Source: Nitrosopumilaceae archaeon | GTDB taxonomy: Archaea; Thermoproteota; Nitrososphaeria; Nitrososphaerales; Nitrosopumilaceae | NCBI GenBank assembly: GCA_965207375.1 | Contig: OZ242274.1 | Span: forward strand, 1,184,001-1,248,000 | Reading direction: 5' to 3' | Length of the DNA: 64,000 bases | In this document: one piece after another, positions 22,501 to 31,174 of the stretch | Layout of the letters: the number at the start of each line of letters is the position of its first letter | Numbering within the stretch: position 1 is the first letter of the stretch | The notes under the pieces: model-generated | Seen by the model: the letters and a program-made list of their open reading frames with translations, nothing else | Database searches by the model: none | What the model was told of the DNA's origin: nothing | Program-made: the position numbers and the translations under genes

Positions 22501-25211
22501 CATCTACTTACACTGGACTAAGTCCAATATCTGACGAGCCAACATTTATCGTAATGGAGGACTTGACAGACGAAGACTCTCCTCGAGTCAATTATCTTGA
22601 CCTAGGAGCAGACGGTGTAGCAACACAGATTGCTGACCAACAAGAGGCACCATCACACTCTGGTGTAGTAGCACTTGATTCAGACAACTACAAGGTTGCT
22701 GATACAGTGATTATCACACTGACTGATGCTGACCTAAACGTGGACAGTGACTTGATTGATATTTTCACTACAGTCGCACCTGGAAACTATACCATGTCTG
22801 ATACAGTAGGTGATAACGTAATGTTTAATGGTAAATCTGTCGAAATTGACGATGCTCCATTAGGACGATTACTTGATGTTACCTTTAACGACGAGAAATG
22901 GACTGTAAACGAATGTACTCCAGACGACAATATTGATGACGGCTTGCATGAGACAGGTTTCACATTAATTGAAACCGAGACTGCAAGTGGTGTCTTTATG
23001 GGATCATTCCAGATTCCAACAATGTATTGTCCAGAAGGTGAAACAGAACGAGAATCTGTCACTGGTACTGACATTGAGGTAAACTATGTCGACTATAGAG
23101 ACGCATCTGGTGAAATCATCGAAGTAGGTGATTCAGCAGGTGTTCGAGCCAGCACTGGTTCAGTATCTCTAGACAGAACGGTTTATCCAGTTCCATTCGC
23201 AGGTAGCACATTCGCATATCATGATGCAGCAGGCAGTGGATATTTGGACCAAGGTAATGTAACAATCCACGTTAGGATTTCAGATCCTGACTATGATGTT
23301 TCAGCCTCTGGTGAAGATAAAATCGCACAGAATAACTCAACCAATGCAGGTAAAGGAGTCGCAAAAGACGTAGGACCTATCAAGGTGACAGTCTTAAGAG
23401 GACAAGCATCTGAGATCGTTGCAACAGCAGGTGGAGAAAACGTAATTGAGGCTACAAGTACTACTGCAAAGGAGTACGGACCAATATTAGAAACTGCACC
23501 TGATTCTGGAATATTTGAAGCAGACATTGCAATCGGCTACAATAGTGGACCCGCAGATGAATGCCCAACCATATATTCTAACGGATGTGTTCTACAAGGT
23601 GATATTCTCACTGTAGAATACACAGATCCAACAGATGCATCTGGTGAGCCAAACTCAGTTACCGATTCAGCTACATTTGACCTAAGAAACGCAGTGCTAC
23701 AATCTGATAAATCAGTCTACATCATTGGAAGTGACATGATCTTGACTCTAATAGAGCCAGACTTTGATCTTGATAATGATAGTGCTGAAACCTATTCACT
23801 TGATCTAATCGAGTGGGATTCAGATGCAGACACTACAAGTATGGGTGAACGTGGTGGAGACAATGCAGCAGCATTTGACCCAGAACCAAACGCCTTTAGA
23901 GAAACAGGCGACAGCACTGGAATCTTCCAGGTTGTAGTCGAAATTCCTGAAGCACTTGGCGGCGACAAACTCGAAAGAGGCGAAGAAATCGAACTAGAGT
24001 ATACCGATTTGGGACCATCTGGTTCTGACTATGTTGGTGAAGAAGAAGAAGACATTAATCTTACTATCTTTACATCAAACTTTGGCAGTACCATTGAATT
24101 GGACCAAAAGGTTTACACTTGGACTGATAAGGTCTACATAACTATAGTAGCACCTGATCACAACTTCGATTCTGACTTGATAGATGAAATTGGTGACAGT
24201 GATGAAGACCCAATAAGGATTGCCACTAGAGATAAAGATCTTGACAATTACAAATTGGTCGAGACCGGTACCGATACTGGAATCTTTACTGGTGAGATAA
24301 TCTTAACTGGATTTGCACACGATGCTAATGGTGACGGAAAAACTGATGATACAAACCCACGTACCGGTGACGGCACAGGTAAAACTAAAGACTTGGGTCC
24401 AACAAACGGATTCCTAGAAGCTGAGGACGATGACGGCCTTTCAGTATCCTTTGAATTTTCAGAGGATGAAACTGTAATAGCTTCATCATTAATCAGATGG
24501 AATATCGGTGAGGCTCAATGGCTTGAAGCAAGCTATGCAGCAAGCGGTACAGGTTTGGTAAGAATAGTAGATCCAGACATGAATTTGAACCCAGAATCAG
24601 TTGACAACTTTGAGATTGATATTTGGTCAGATACACATGCTGGAGGTATTGACTTGACTGTAACTGAGACAAACCAGGCTACGGGAATCTTTGAGGGAAC
24701 AGTATTCTTTACTGTGACTGACGAGTCTTCCGGACACAGACTGCGAGTCTCAGAAGGTGACACTGTCACCGCAGAATATGAAGACCGTACACTACCTGAC
24801 CCACACGATACAAGAGACACGATTGATATTACTGCCACAACCCAGATAGGCTCAATCATACCTCCACTCGAGAGAGCACCAGCTACCAATTTGAGAATAG
24901 TTGATGCATTTAGCAATACGCTAGACACTCTAGACGTGGATCAACAGGTACAGATTACAGCCGACTTGGCAAACGGACAGGATAACGATCAGCCATTTGC
25001 ATACATCGTACAGATTCAGGATAGCAGCAGTGTAACTGTAGCCCTTGCATGGGTTTCAGGAACATTGACACCTTCACAGTCGTTTAGTCCAGCATTATCA
25101 TGGACCCCATCAGAGGCAGGCAAATATACTGCAACTGCATTTGTTTGGGAATCTGTAGATAATCCAACTGCACTATCACCACCAAACGAGTTAACAATAA
25201 CTGTCAACTAG
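16554..25211 (+). CDS. slaA: Nitrosopumilus-type S-layer protein with a large internal insertion (2 PBP-I-like, 3 FN3, 2 Ig-like domains)
   Basis: N-terminus KKLTSLTLMTIMVAGGMTFA..ANANLFVSAENS..GPQVIEV, repeated ETGxxTGIF motifs and C-terminus FVWESVDNPTALSP are typical of thaumarchaeal S-layer proteins. Confidence 0.9.
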   Translation: MYNNQKNEIYKKLTSLTLMTIMVAGGMTFAVPGMVPEAYAANANLFVSAENSKFDNYMSGPQVIEVAIIDSSISDTDEGKGEPDVTVNGNNLRMVQATDGNWYGYFADKTMAERADSQDNGLDFGTSGSVVNILPSDAEFEADGLFFNENNVNVVREPKNVNTNLRIDDGQIGITADTWPFIQLYTLNPTGNVVVQYNKGGGAQSTTLTFDTVDDFAGIELDRASYPQGAEVHATITDAWLNIDPTDEDSWTFNTVSGDAFYHVYNDNGGIGENTSLEKDGTGLQSVSVGDLMCSDCALILKPNVQGDDKHVITIQGNADSRIANDGDTALTADAWVKQNVVITVLDQKTQPVTITEQGPNSGIFGTYDESDTSILKIIDDADRGTSATLDYNDSPVSVLVTHAFAEIDIQPVSDVWNSGELIPVVLVDSDINKNTRADEDISLSDPSYKIIPSLRTGSPITLGSGELTVDARSADGNSAPQTNATVDAFSDRAILEIKNDEEVKSLLIDLGITGKELKSSLVDTNDGNYGYNLFNYDIRSLVEGEKDSLGTVKISLVNTTNGVKINVPLACDKSDRQGLGLLPAGDCTLPDPEDTTPAPTSIVIPLLYNSGSAYEMQHFGTAFDEAVSDYNAASSKAFSSQKLPLGTTAISSVLDTGAKGAVGTYTSEQLRTLSQTGKIGTDDGDIVLLSYSSTATSFAESGDGIFRLTTDTSRQVDSIVTQLIPTNDFDQIISIHLNDAWSQDYVAALNATYGDAHSEIKYDPKASNITTEFNTVLRTGLSGLDAQTAIVILEYDHDRLDALVTELARTNVNAYAGISTTKFIIPDVPSGAFGDNLNADALALLKATDMKTIKFALSVNTDGQNALRDALNKTTLTQVNFDSDDNIFDRHAYAAYDAGQILTRAIDALGSEYTSEQLNNRIPLAAEDYSSEALIYNTKLNDKGDLACMVYDIFEIDDGSTGFALQTPTQETTDPVNCKRTITEPNAPTVTEIHQRPASAELTWTPATDGTPATEFQVQYKLATASSWTDHSTVSASTTLTVTISGLSNDQEYYFRVIAINSIGGSEASVVVKTTPRAQVFAPNAPTGLTATSLNATAVTLSWAEPADDGGAEVTDYKVEYKLATATNWNTFADGTSDTVSTTVTGLTEGQVYQFRVSATNVQATGAVSNIDIATPTAPAPVATVPNAPTGLTATAGDTTVLLSWTAPSTGDAPTGYTVQQSTDGTSFADSTTVTVTGTTATVTGLTNDQQYTFRVFATNAQGPSAAASNVATATPAAAQTNGGSTPTNTAPVIETITAQTFTVGTAVSVPINATDAEGDTIMYNVMLDPTPTTRPTISGNELTWPAPEAGTYDVTITARDGTTDGNTVSFTLTINRAPVLAPIGAQSGTVGELLTIPLSATDADGDRVTYTISPPLTGATPGNYVKLGTTTTATLTWTPTVADTYDVMIIARDGNIGGIDREPITITITDPAPTPVVYPPRVNFDAGDTVEIPMILDNDVLYESNFFGWFGQSVGDYAQNAIQSNVTYSDVPYDISSNATEDIERIVDAGNKAAVGTYTSQQLKDLNDTGKVGTDIVLLSYASTASTLTGTDGIFRLTTNNQHQADNVLKPELSGFANIISIHRNDTWSIDYVTILENQYGANHEIIAYDSTLSGDIMTKLRDSSTGLHSIAADTAIVILGFGEVKDVLMELSVQGQNGYNYTGIETTKFFIPDLAASVADDLDDQHAIALLKATDMKTIKFALKNDNTRADLNDKVRDGTDSDERHVYAAYDAGKILARAIDELGKDGTVEQLKTKIPEVARAYNSEALIHSTILGPNGDLECTTYDVLEINDTASSVGTIVFENNSTQRNTCASTSSVPMLNSPQLVSCIDCAINSFGEIFGQTVQVQSTTQQATTITNILEIPDDSKLAILIEYQNPVTTDSEDDPIVLDFFAFGFGDDGRTANQIVRLELEETGDNTDTFVGGLEYTMLNQLNILKASTYTGLSPISDEPTFIVMEDLTDEDSPRVNYLDLGADGVATQIADQQEAPSHSGVVALDSDNYKVADTVIITLTDADLNVDSDLIDIFTTVAPGNYTMSDTVGDNVMFNGKSVEIDDAPLGRLLDVTFNDEKWTVNECTPDDNIDDGLHETGFTLIETETASGVFMGSFQIPTMYCPEGETERESVTGTDIEVNYVDYRDASGEIIEVGDSAGVRASTGSVSLDRTVYPVPFAGSTFAYHDAAGSGYLDQGNVTIHVRISDPDYDVSASGEDKIAQNNSTNAGKGVAKDVGPIKVTVLRGQASEIVATAGGENVIEATSTTAKEYGPILETAPDSGIFEADIAIGYNSGPADECPTIYSNGCVLQGDILTVEYTDPTDASGEPNSVTDSATFDLRNAVLQSDKSVYIIGSDMILTLIEPDFDLDNDSAETYSLDLIEWDSDADTTSMGERGGDNAAAFDPEPNAFRETGDSTGIFQVVVEIPEALGGDKLERGEEIELEYTDLGPSGSDYVGEEEEDINLTIFTSNFGSTIELDQKVYTWTDKVYITIVAPDHNFDSDLIDEIGDSDEDPIRIATRDKDLDNYKLVETGTDTGIFTGEIILTGFAHDANGDGKTDDTNPRTGDGTGKTKDLGPTNGFLEAEDDDGLSVSFEFSEDETVIASSLIRWNIGEAQWLEASYAASGTGLVRIVDPDMNLNPESVDNFEIDIWSDTHAGGIDLTVTETNQATGIFEGTVFFTVTDESSGHRLRVSEGDTVTAEYEDRTLPDPHDTRDTIDITATTQIGSIIPPLERAPATNLRIVDAFSNTLDTLDVDQQVQITADLANGQDNDQPFAYIVQIQDSSSVTVALAWVSGTLTPSQSFSPALSWTPSEAGKYTATAFVWESVDNPTALSPPNELTITVN

Positions 25212-25227
25212 ACTAGAAAACAACACA

Positions 25228-25247
25228 TTTCCCCTTTTCTTTTTATT
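25228..25247 (+). terminator. Pyrimidine/T-rich archaeal terminator
   Basis: tttccccttttctttttatt shortly after the S-layer stop codon. Confidence 0.5.
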
Positions 25248-25258
25248 CTGAAAAAAAA

Positions 25259-25882
25259 TTGCAACTATCTACATACACAAAACAACATCAAGAATATTAT
25301 CAGAAAAATAAAGAGAGAATAAAGGAAAACCACAAAAAACGCCACAACGAACTCAGAGAACAAGAAAACCAGTATACTGTCACATATTATCAGAAAAATA
25401 AAGAGCAAATAAAAAAAAAGAATAGAAACAACTATGCAAATGACAAGGAGAAATTCAAAAAAAGCAGTAGAGAGTACAGGGAGAAAAATAAAGATAAAGT
25501 CACAAAGAGAGAAAAGCGATACTATGAAAGGAACAAGGTCGAATTAAGTGCCAGAAAAAAAGCACAGTACGAGGCAAACAAGGAAGAATTTACAAAGCGC
25601 GCAAAGGAATACTATAAGAAAAACAAGGCTAAATTTGCCAAACGTGCAAAGGCATACTATCAAAAGAACAAGGAAACATTTGCAAAGCGAGAACAGAGAT
25701 ATTATCAGAGTAACAAGGAAAAGATTACAAAACGTGCAAAGGAATACTATCAGAATAACAAGGGCAAAGTTGCCAAACGTGCAAAGAAATACTATGAAAA
25801 AAACAAAGAAAAGATTGCCAAACGAGCAAAAGCCAACCGTCAAAAGATCAAAGAAGAAATCATCAAACAAACGTCGAGGTGA
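25259..25882 (+). CDS. Lys/Arg/Tyr-rich 15-aa repeat protein (YYxxNKE repeats)
   Basis: 207-aa ORF with periodic xxKRAKEYYQKNKEK units. Confidence 0.75.
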   Translation: MQLSTYTKQHQEYYQKNKERIKENHKKRHNELREQENQYTVTYYQKNKEQIKKKNRNNYANDKEKFKKSSREYREKNKDKVTKREKRYYERNKVELSARKKAQYEANKEEFTKRAKEYYKKNKAKFAKRAKAYYQKNKETFAKREQRYYQSNKEKITKRAKEYYQNNKGKVAKRAKKYYEKNKEKIAKRAKANRQKIKEEIIKQTSR

Positions 25883-26328
25883 GATGCATGTCTACCTACA
25901 CACAAACCCACCAAATTTACTATCAGAAAAATAAAGAAAAAATCAAGGAAAACCGCAAAAAGCATTACAGAGCAAATAGAGAGCAGGAAAATCAAATCAG
26001 CGCCGATTATTACCAGAAACATAAAGAGCAAATCAAGGCAAACCACAAAGAACTGTATGAAGGGGACAAGGAACGATTCAAGGAATACAATAAACAGTAC
26101 AATATAAAGAACAAAAAGAAGGTCTTAGAGCAAAAAAAGGAATACTATCAAAAAAATAAAGAAAAGTTACTAGCCAAATACAAAAAACGTTATCGATTAA
26201 ACAGAAAAAAGATACTAGCAGATAAAAAGAAAAAATACGAATCAAACAAGAAAAAATCTTCCAAGAAAACCAAGAAACCGGTACCTGCAAAACAAAAAAT
26301 TAAAAAAATAACGTCTACAAAAAAATAA
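25879..26328 (+). CDS. Paralogous Lys-rich YYQKNKE repeat protein
   Basis: The N-terminal ~75 aa align with the preceding ORF (STYT..HQ.YYQKNKE.IKEN.KK....REQENQ). Confidence 0.75.
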   Translation: MRCMSTYTQTHQIYYQKNKEKIKENRKKHYRANREQENQISADYYQKHKEQIKANHKELYEGDKERFKEYNKQYNIKNKKKVLEQKKEYYQKNKEKLLAKYKKRYRLNRKKILADKKKKYESNKKKSSKKTKKPVPAKQKIKKITSTKK

Positions 26329-26936
26329 ATTCAAAATTTATTAGATGTAATAATTGATACCTGAAAATGAATCAAAAGAATCGCAAGTGTTAATATAATT
26401 TTTATCTATTCTAGTTTGTACCTGACATCTTCCATAAAGCAGCTGATAAAGGCAATCAGGACTACAGTCCTGATACACGTAGATGATATATCACTGCATC
26501 TAAACTGCAAAAACGTGTAGATGTGAGTGTTTTACATTTCGGGTACTAACAAGGCGCAGTATATGCTACGTCCTAGCATTAGGTGATGTAATTTGGGCAA
26601 TAGGTTCTGACTGGAATGAAACAATTGACTGTAACAGACACAAACCGTATAAAACTGCACATATCACAGATGTGCGGCGCAAAAAACACAATCTTAGTAT
26701 GCTGAAGATTATTAATGTATACCATACAATCTTAAAAGATTCATGATAAACTTGGTTCAACAAACCTCATTTCATCAGCACATACTCAGGTCGCCTCTGA
26801 TTCTATGCCTAGTTTTTGAACATACATGAAAAATTTATGCCTGAAAAATTTACGACCTGAGTTTGTACTTTCATCAATCAATTACAAATATTTACAACAT
26901 CGAAGAGAATTTAGCCTTGAATCTAATTTGAATGTC

Positions 26937-28679
26937 ATGAGACAAAACATATCTTTTAGTTTGGATAAAAAACTCATACTCTTAGTTCTTACCGTATCTT
27001 TAATTGCAATTGTGGCTACTGCTGCACTGTCTCTGAATCTAATTGATGGGATACTAAAAGAAAGAATTAACGATCAACTCATAGAAGAATCTACAACTAG
27101 GGGAAATACAATAAAATTATTACTTGACAACAGAATCAGGGAGGTTTTTATTTTGTCATCTGTTCCGCTGATAAAAAACACCATATCTCAGCTAAACCAG
27201 TACTCTGATGATACCATACTAGATTCAAAAATTGCAGAAAAAAAGACTTTGATTTTTACAGAAATTAAAAACTTTCAGACCCGAGAAGGACATCAAATAG
27301 AGCTAGTCGATGTTGCGTTTTTTGGAAAAAATCTAAAAAAATACTTTACACTAGAAAATGGAACTGAATTTCCTTCAAAAGAGAGAATAGCTCAGATAGC
27401 TAGCCGTCATCTAATGGAATTTATGCAAAATTCACAAGGAACAAGGCAGTTGATTGTGGCAATACCCATCAAAGACGAACAAAATCAAGACGTCATAGGC
27501 ATCATTGCAGCAGTAATGAGAACAAACAATCTAGATGCAATATTGCAAAACAGAGAAGGATTGCAAAATACGGGCGAGGCTTATATGGTAAATCAAGACA
27601 GACTAATGATTTCAAAATCAATTTTTGTACAAAATGCAGAATTTAATCAAAAGATACAAACACTTCCTGTGTCTGCCTGCTTTGATGATCACAAATCAAT
27701 TACGGGCATAGTTTACAAAAATTACAAAAACCAAGACATCTTTGGCACATCGCACTGTCAGAGTGGATACGGATACGTTGTTCTAACAGAGATAGACGAA
27801 GGCGAAATCCTAATACCCTTATTTGATTTACAGGCAAAAATCATTACCGTAAGCATAATTATCATGCTAGGAATAAGCAGCACCGCATACTTGTTATCAA
27901 AAAGACTTTCAAAACCAATCAGAAAACTTATAGATGCAGTACATGAAATTTCTAAAGGAAACTTTGATGTAAAAACAAACATCAAAACCAGTGACGAGAT
28001 TGGTGATCTATCTGATTCCTTTGATTTTATGGCAAAAAAATTACGCGAATCTGAAATTGCATTGACCAAACAAAAAGAAATTATCAACCAGCAAGAAAAC
28101 ATCTTATTGCAATTCTCAGATCATACAGAAAATGCATGTGTGTGTTTTATTGACATTGAAAACTCTACAAAAATTTGCGCAAAATTATCTGAATCTGAGG
28201 CAAGCAGTCTGTATAGTGAATTTTTGAATTCTATGGCCATTATAATAAAACGGTATAATGGAATAGTTGTCAAAAATATAGGGGATGCATTACTATTTTA
28301 TTTTAAAATAGATAACATTCAAGATGAAAATGAATTCAGAAATGTTTTAGAATGTTGTACGAAATTACGAGAACATCATGATGAACTGTGCATATTGCTC
28401 AAAAAGAAAAACTTGCCTTGCGTCAATTACAGAACCAGTTCCACATTTGGTACGGTAAGTATTGCAAATGTGTCTACATCAGAGGTAAATGATGTGTTTG
28501 GCTCCACTGTGAATCTGTGCTCAAAAATCAACTCATTTGCGCCCTCCAACGGCCTAGTTATAGGGGAGAGATTCTATGAAAAGGCCAAAAAAATTACCGG
28601 ATTTGAGTTTGTCAATATCAGTGATTTTCAGATTTCAGAAAATCAAGATCTCAAAATATTTTCTGTAACTCGTACATGA
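26937..28679 (+). CDS. Membrane sensor: Cache-like + HAMP + class III adenylate/guanylate cyclase
   Basis: Two TM segments, HAMP (KPIRKL..ISKGNF..DEIGDLSDSF), cyclase motifs FIDIENST, VKNIGDA, DVFGSTVN. Confidence 0.88.
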   Translation: MRQNISFSLDKKLILLVLTVSLIAIVATAALSLNLIDGILKERINDQLIEESTTRGNTIKLLLDNRIREVFILSSVPLIKNTISQLNQYSDDTILDSKIAEKKTLIFTEIKNFQTREGHQIELVDVAFFGKNLKKYFTLENGTEFPSKERIAQIASRHLMEFMQNSQGTRQLIVAIPIKDEQNQDVIGIIAAVMRTNNLDAILQNREGLQNTGEAYMVNQDRLMISKSIFVQNAEFNQKIQTLPVSACFDDHKSITGIVYKNYKNQDIFGTSHCQSGYGYVVLTEIDEGEILIPLFDLQAKIITVSIIIMLGISSTAYLLSKRLSKPIRKLIDAVHEISKGNFDVKTNIKTSDEIGDLSDSFDFMAKKLRESEIALTKQKEIINQQENILLQFSDHTENACVCFIDIENSTKICAKLSESEASSLYSEFLNSMAIIIKRYNGIVVKNIGDALLFYFKIDNIQDENEFRNVLECCTKLREHHDELCILLKKKNLPCVNYRTSSTFGTVSIANVSTSEVNDVFGSTVNLCSKINSFAPSNGLVIGERFYEKAKKITGFEFVNISDFQISENQDLKIFSVTRT

Positions 28680-28745
28680 TATATAGTAAAAGTCAGATTA
28701 TCAAAGACTAGCTTTATTTATGGAAAATATGTTTGCAGATCAAAC

Positions 28746-29576
28746 ATGGCTGGTATAGACAAGGCAGCAATTGGTTGGACAATTGCAATTGTTATAGCAG
28801 GTGTAGGTATTGCAGTAATAGGACCTGGTTTGGAATCTGGTTCTTCAATAACTGCACCAGCAATATCTGATGACAAAATTGCTGCAGCTAAAGAAACTAT
28901 TTCTCAAGAGCAACAGGAAATGATCAAGCCAGATGTAATGAAGGAAACAGAAGTAATGGTTGAAGACACCATGACCGAAGACACTATGGAATCTGAAGAC
29001 ACCATGACCGAAGACACTATGGAATCTGAAGACACCATGACCGAAGACACTATGGAATCTGAAGACACCATGACCGAAGACACTATGGAATCTGAAGACA
29101 CCATGACCGAAGACACTATGGAATCTGAAGACACCATGACCGAAGACACTATGGAATCTGAAGACACCATGACCGAAGACACTATGGAATCTGAAGACAC
29201 CATGAAAACAGAAGACGCTCAAGACACACATCAAGAATCTACTTTAGAACCTCAAACACATACAGTAAGCATGCCTGAAGGATCAAGTAATCTTGATTGT
29301 GAGACAGATAACACCTGTTACATTCCAGCTGATATTACCATCAATGTAGGTGACACAATAGTCTGGGTAAATGATGACTCTCCACTTTTACATACTGTTA
29401 CCTCAGGTGACTTGAAGCAAGATGCAAACCTTGTAGGAACTGACTATCCCGATGGATTTGACAGTCAAATTATGGCAGCAGGGGCAACATTTGAGCACAC
29501 CTTTGATACTGCAGGTACATATCCTTACTTTTGCACATTACATCCGTGGATGAAAGGCATAGTCCAAGTAAACTAG
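28746..29576 (+). CDS. Membrane-anchored blue copper (plastocyanin/cupredoxin) protein
   Basis: N-terminal TM; HTVTSG and YFCTLHPWM type-1 copper ligands. Confidence 0.92.
   Translation: MAGIDKAAIGWTIAIVIAGVGIAVIGPGLESGSSITAPAISDDKIAAAKETISQEQQEMIKPDVMKETEVMVEDTMTEDTMESEDTMTEDTMESEDTMTEDTMESEDTMTEDTMESEDTMTEDTMESEDTMTEDTMESEDTMTEDTMESEDTMKTEDAQDTHQESTLEPQTHTVSMPEGSSNLDCETDNTCYIPADITINVGDTIVWVNDDSPLLHTVTSGDLKQDANLVGTDYPDGFDSQIMAAGATFEHTFDTAGTYPYFCTLHPWMKGIVQVN
28962..29205 (+). repeat. Perfect 33-bp tandem repeat x7 plus a partial unit (EDTMTEDTMES)
   Basis: gaagacaccatgaccgaagacactatggaatct repeated from 28962 to 29192. Confidence 0.97.
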
Positions 29577-31174
29577 GCCCCTTTCTTATTTTTTAAATTC
29601 ATACTGCGTATTTTGCGATTATACGCAACACCAAATCTGTGCGCCTCATCTCTTGCATACTGTAATATTTTGATAGATTCCTTTGATTTTGATATGATTA
29701 TGGGTGTTTTTTTATTGGGCAAAAACACCTCCTCGTTTTCTTTGGCCAAAGATGCACAGGCAATATCTGTACTTATACTTTCTAATGCATCTAGTGCAGA
29801 ATGCAGCTGTCCTTTTCCACCATCAATCAAAATTAGATCAGGCAACTCTTTTTTCTCCTCTAATAACCTGACGTATCTTCGCTTTACAACCTCGTTTATC
29901 ATTGCAAAGTCGTCCCTGCCTATGACAAACTTTATTTTGAATTTGCGATATCCTGATTTATCTGGTCTGCCATCTACAAATCTAGACATGGCACCTACTG
30001 CAAAAGACGCACCATGATTTGATATGTCAAAACATTCTATTATTTTTGGATAGTTTGCCAATTCTAGATATTTTTGTAGCTCCTCTAGGGCAGGATTTTT
30101 GCCACTTGCATGTATTAGATCAATATTTTTCAAAATTAACTGAATCATTTCTTTGTGTTTTCCGTGCCTTGGCACCTTGATTTTAACCTCATATCCTGCC
30201 TTTTCTGAGAGCATTTTGATCAAAAGTTCAAGATTTTCAGGAATCTGACTAGTTAAAATCTGCCTTGGAATCTTTCTTGTGGTATAGTACTGGTACAAAA
30301 AATTACCAAAATTGTTATCTGCCATCACATCAAACATGAATTTGTCACTGTCGCGAATCACACCGTTAATTTTTCTAAAGGTCATAACCACTGCATACTG
30401 ATTTTTTATAGATATTCCAAAATATTCCTCATCGGAGCTTTCTATATAGTCCATTTTTTGGCTTGTCTGCAAACCCTCTAACCTCTTTAATGTGTCACGA
30501 ATCTCCATTGCGCGCTCAAACTCTTGTGAATCTGATGCAGTATACATTTCATTGGCAAGTTTTTGTACAAAGGTTTTCATCTGATCCTTTCCCCTTAGAA
30601 CATCTTTTAAATCAGAAACATGTTTTGGATAATTTTCTACAGCTTTTGCAAATTCACATGGACCCTCACAATTTCCAAGATGATACTCTAAACATACTTG
30701 TTTTGGAAGCGTCTTGCAAATTCTGATCTTAAACGCCTTGCGCAATGAGCCAATGGTGAGCAGTTTGGAGCTTCCGTGTGTGAATGGCCCAAACGTTTTT
30801 CCCTTGCCCAGAAATTTACCATTTCGCGTACGCCTTGCTACAAGTAGTCTAGGAAATTTTTCATCACTTAGTCTCAGATACGTGTATCTTTCCTGGTCTT
30901 TTAGTTCGATGTTGAATCTTGGACGGTATTTTTTAATCATGTTTGATTCTAAAATAAAGGCCTCACCTTCGTTGTCAGTTAAGACAAATTCAATGTCTGA
31001 AATGTTTTCAACCAATTTTTTAGTTTTGTAATCTACATTTTTTACAAAATAAGAGCGAATCCTGTTTTTAATATTCTTGGCCTTTCCTACGTATATTACT
31101 TGACCATCTTTACCTTTCATGAGATATATCCCAGAACTTGTAGGAATGCAAAGCCCCGACACAGAAAACGTCAT
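29573..31174 (-). CDS. uvrC: Excinuclease ABC subunit C
   Basis: GIY-YVG (GIYLM..IYVGKAKN), IECFDISN, LILIDGGKGQ, RDEAHRF. ATG at 31174 overlaps the uvrA stop (ATGA). Confidence 0.95.
   Translation of the reverse strand: MTFSVSGLCIPTSSGIYLMKGKDGQVIYVGKAKNIKNRIRSYFVKNVDYKTKKLVENISDIEFVLTDNEGEAFILESNMIKKYRPRFNIELKDQERYTYLRLSDEKFPRLLVARRTRNGKFLGKGKTFGPFTHGSSKLLTIGSLRKAFKIRICKTLPKQVCLEYHLGNCEGPCEFAKAVENYPKHVSDLKDVLRGKDQMKTFVQKLANEMYTASDSQEFERAMEIRDTLKRLEGLQTSQKMDYIESSDEEYFGISIKNQYAVVMTFRKINGVIRDSDKFMFDVMADNNFGNFLYQYYTTRKIPRQILTSQIPENLELLIKMLSEKAGYEVKIKVPRHGKHKEMIQLILKNIDLIHASGKNPALEELQKYLELANYPKIIECFDISNHGASFAVGAMSRFVDGRPDKSGYRKFKIKFVIGRDDFAMINEVVKRRYVRLLEEKKELPDLILIDGGKGQLHSALDALESISTDIACASLAKENEEVFLPNKKTPIIISKSKESIKILQYARDEAHRFGVAYNRKIRSMNLKNKKGA

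Noticed and set aside
787-25207. Many short minus-strand ORFs opposite the FN3 and S-layer genes (likewise opposite uvrABC, ileS, sucD)
   Set aside because: Antisense shadows of long genes with biased codon usage; no independent motifs.
25544-25934. Alternative-frame ORFs over the basic repeat genes
   Set aside because: By-products of A-rich repetitive coding sequence.
28962-29205. 33-bp repeat array as CRISPR
   Set aside because: Units are contiguous without spacers, in frame within a CDS, and there are no cas genes.
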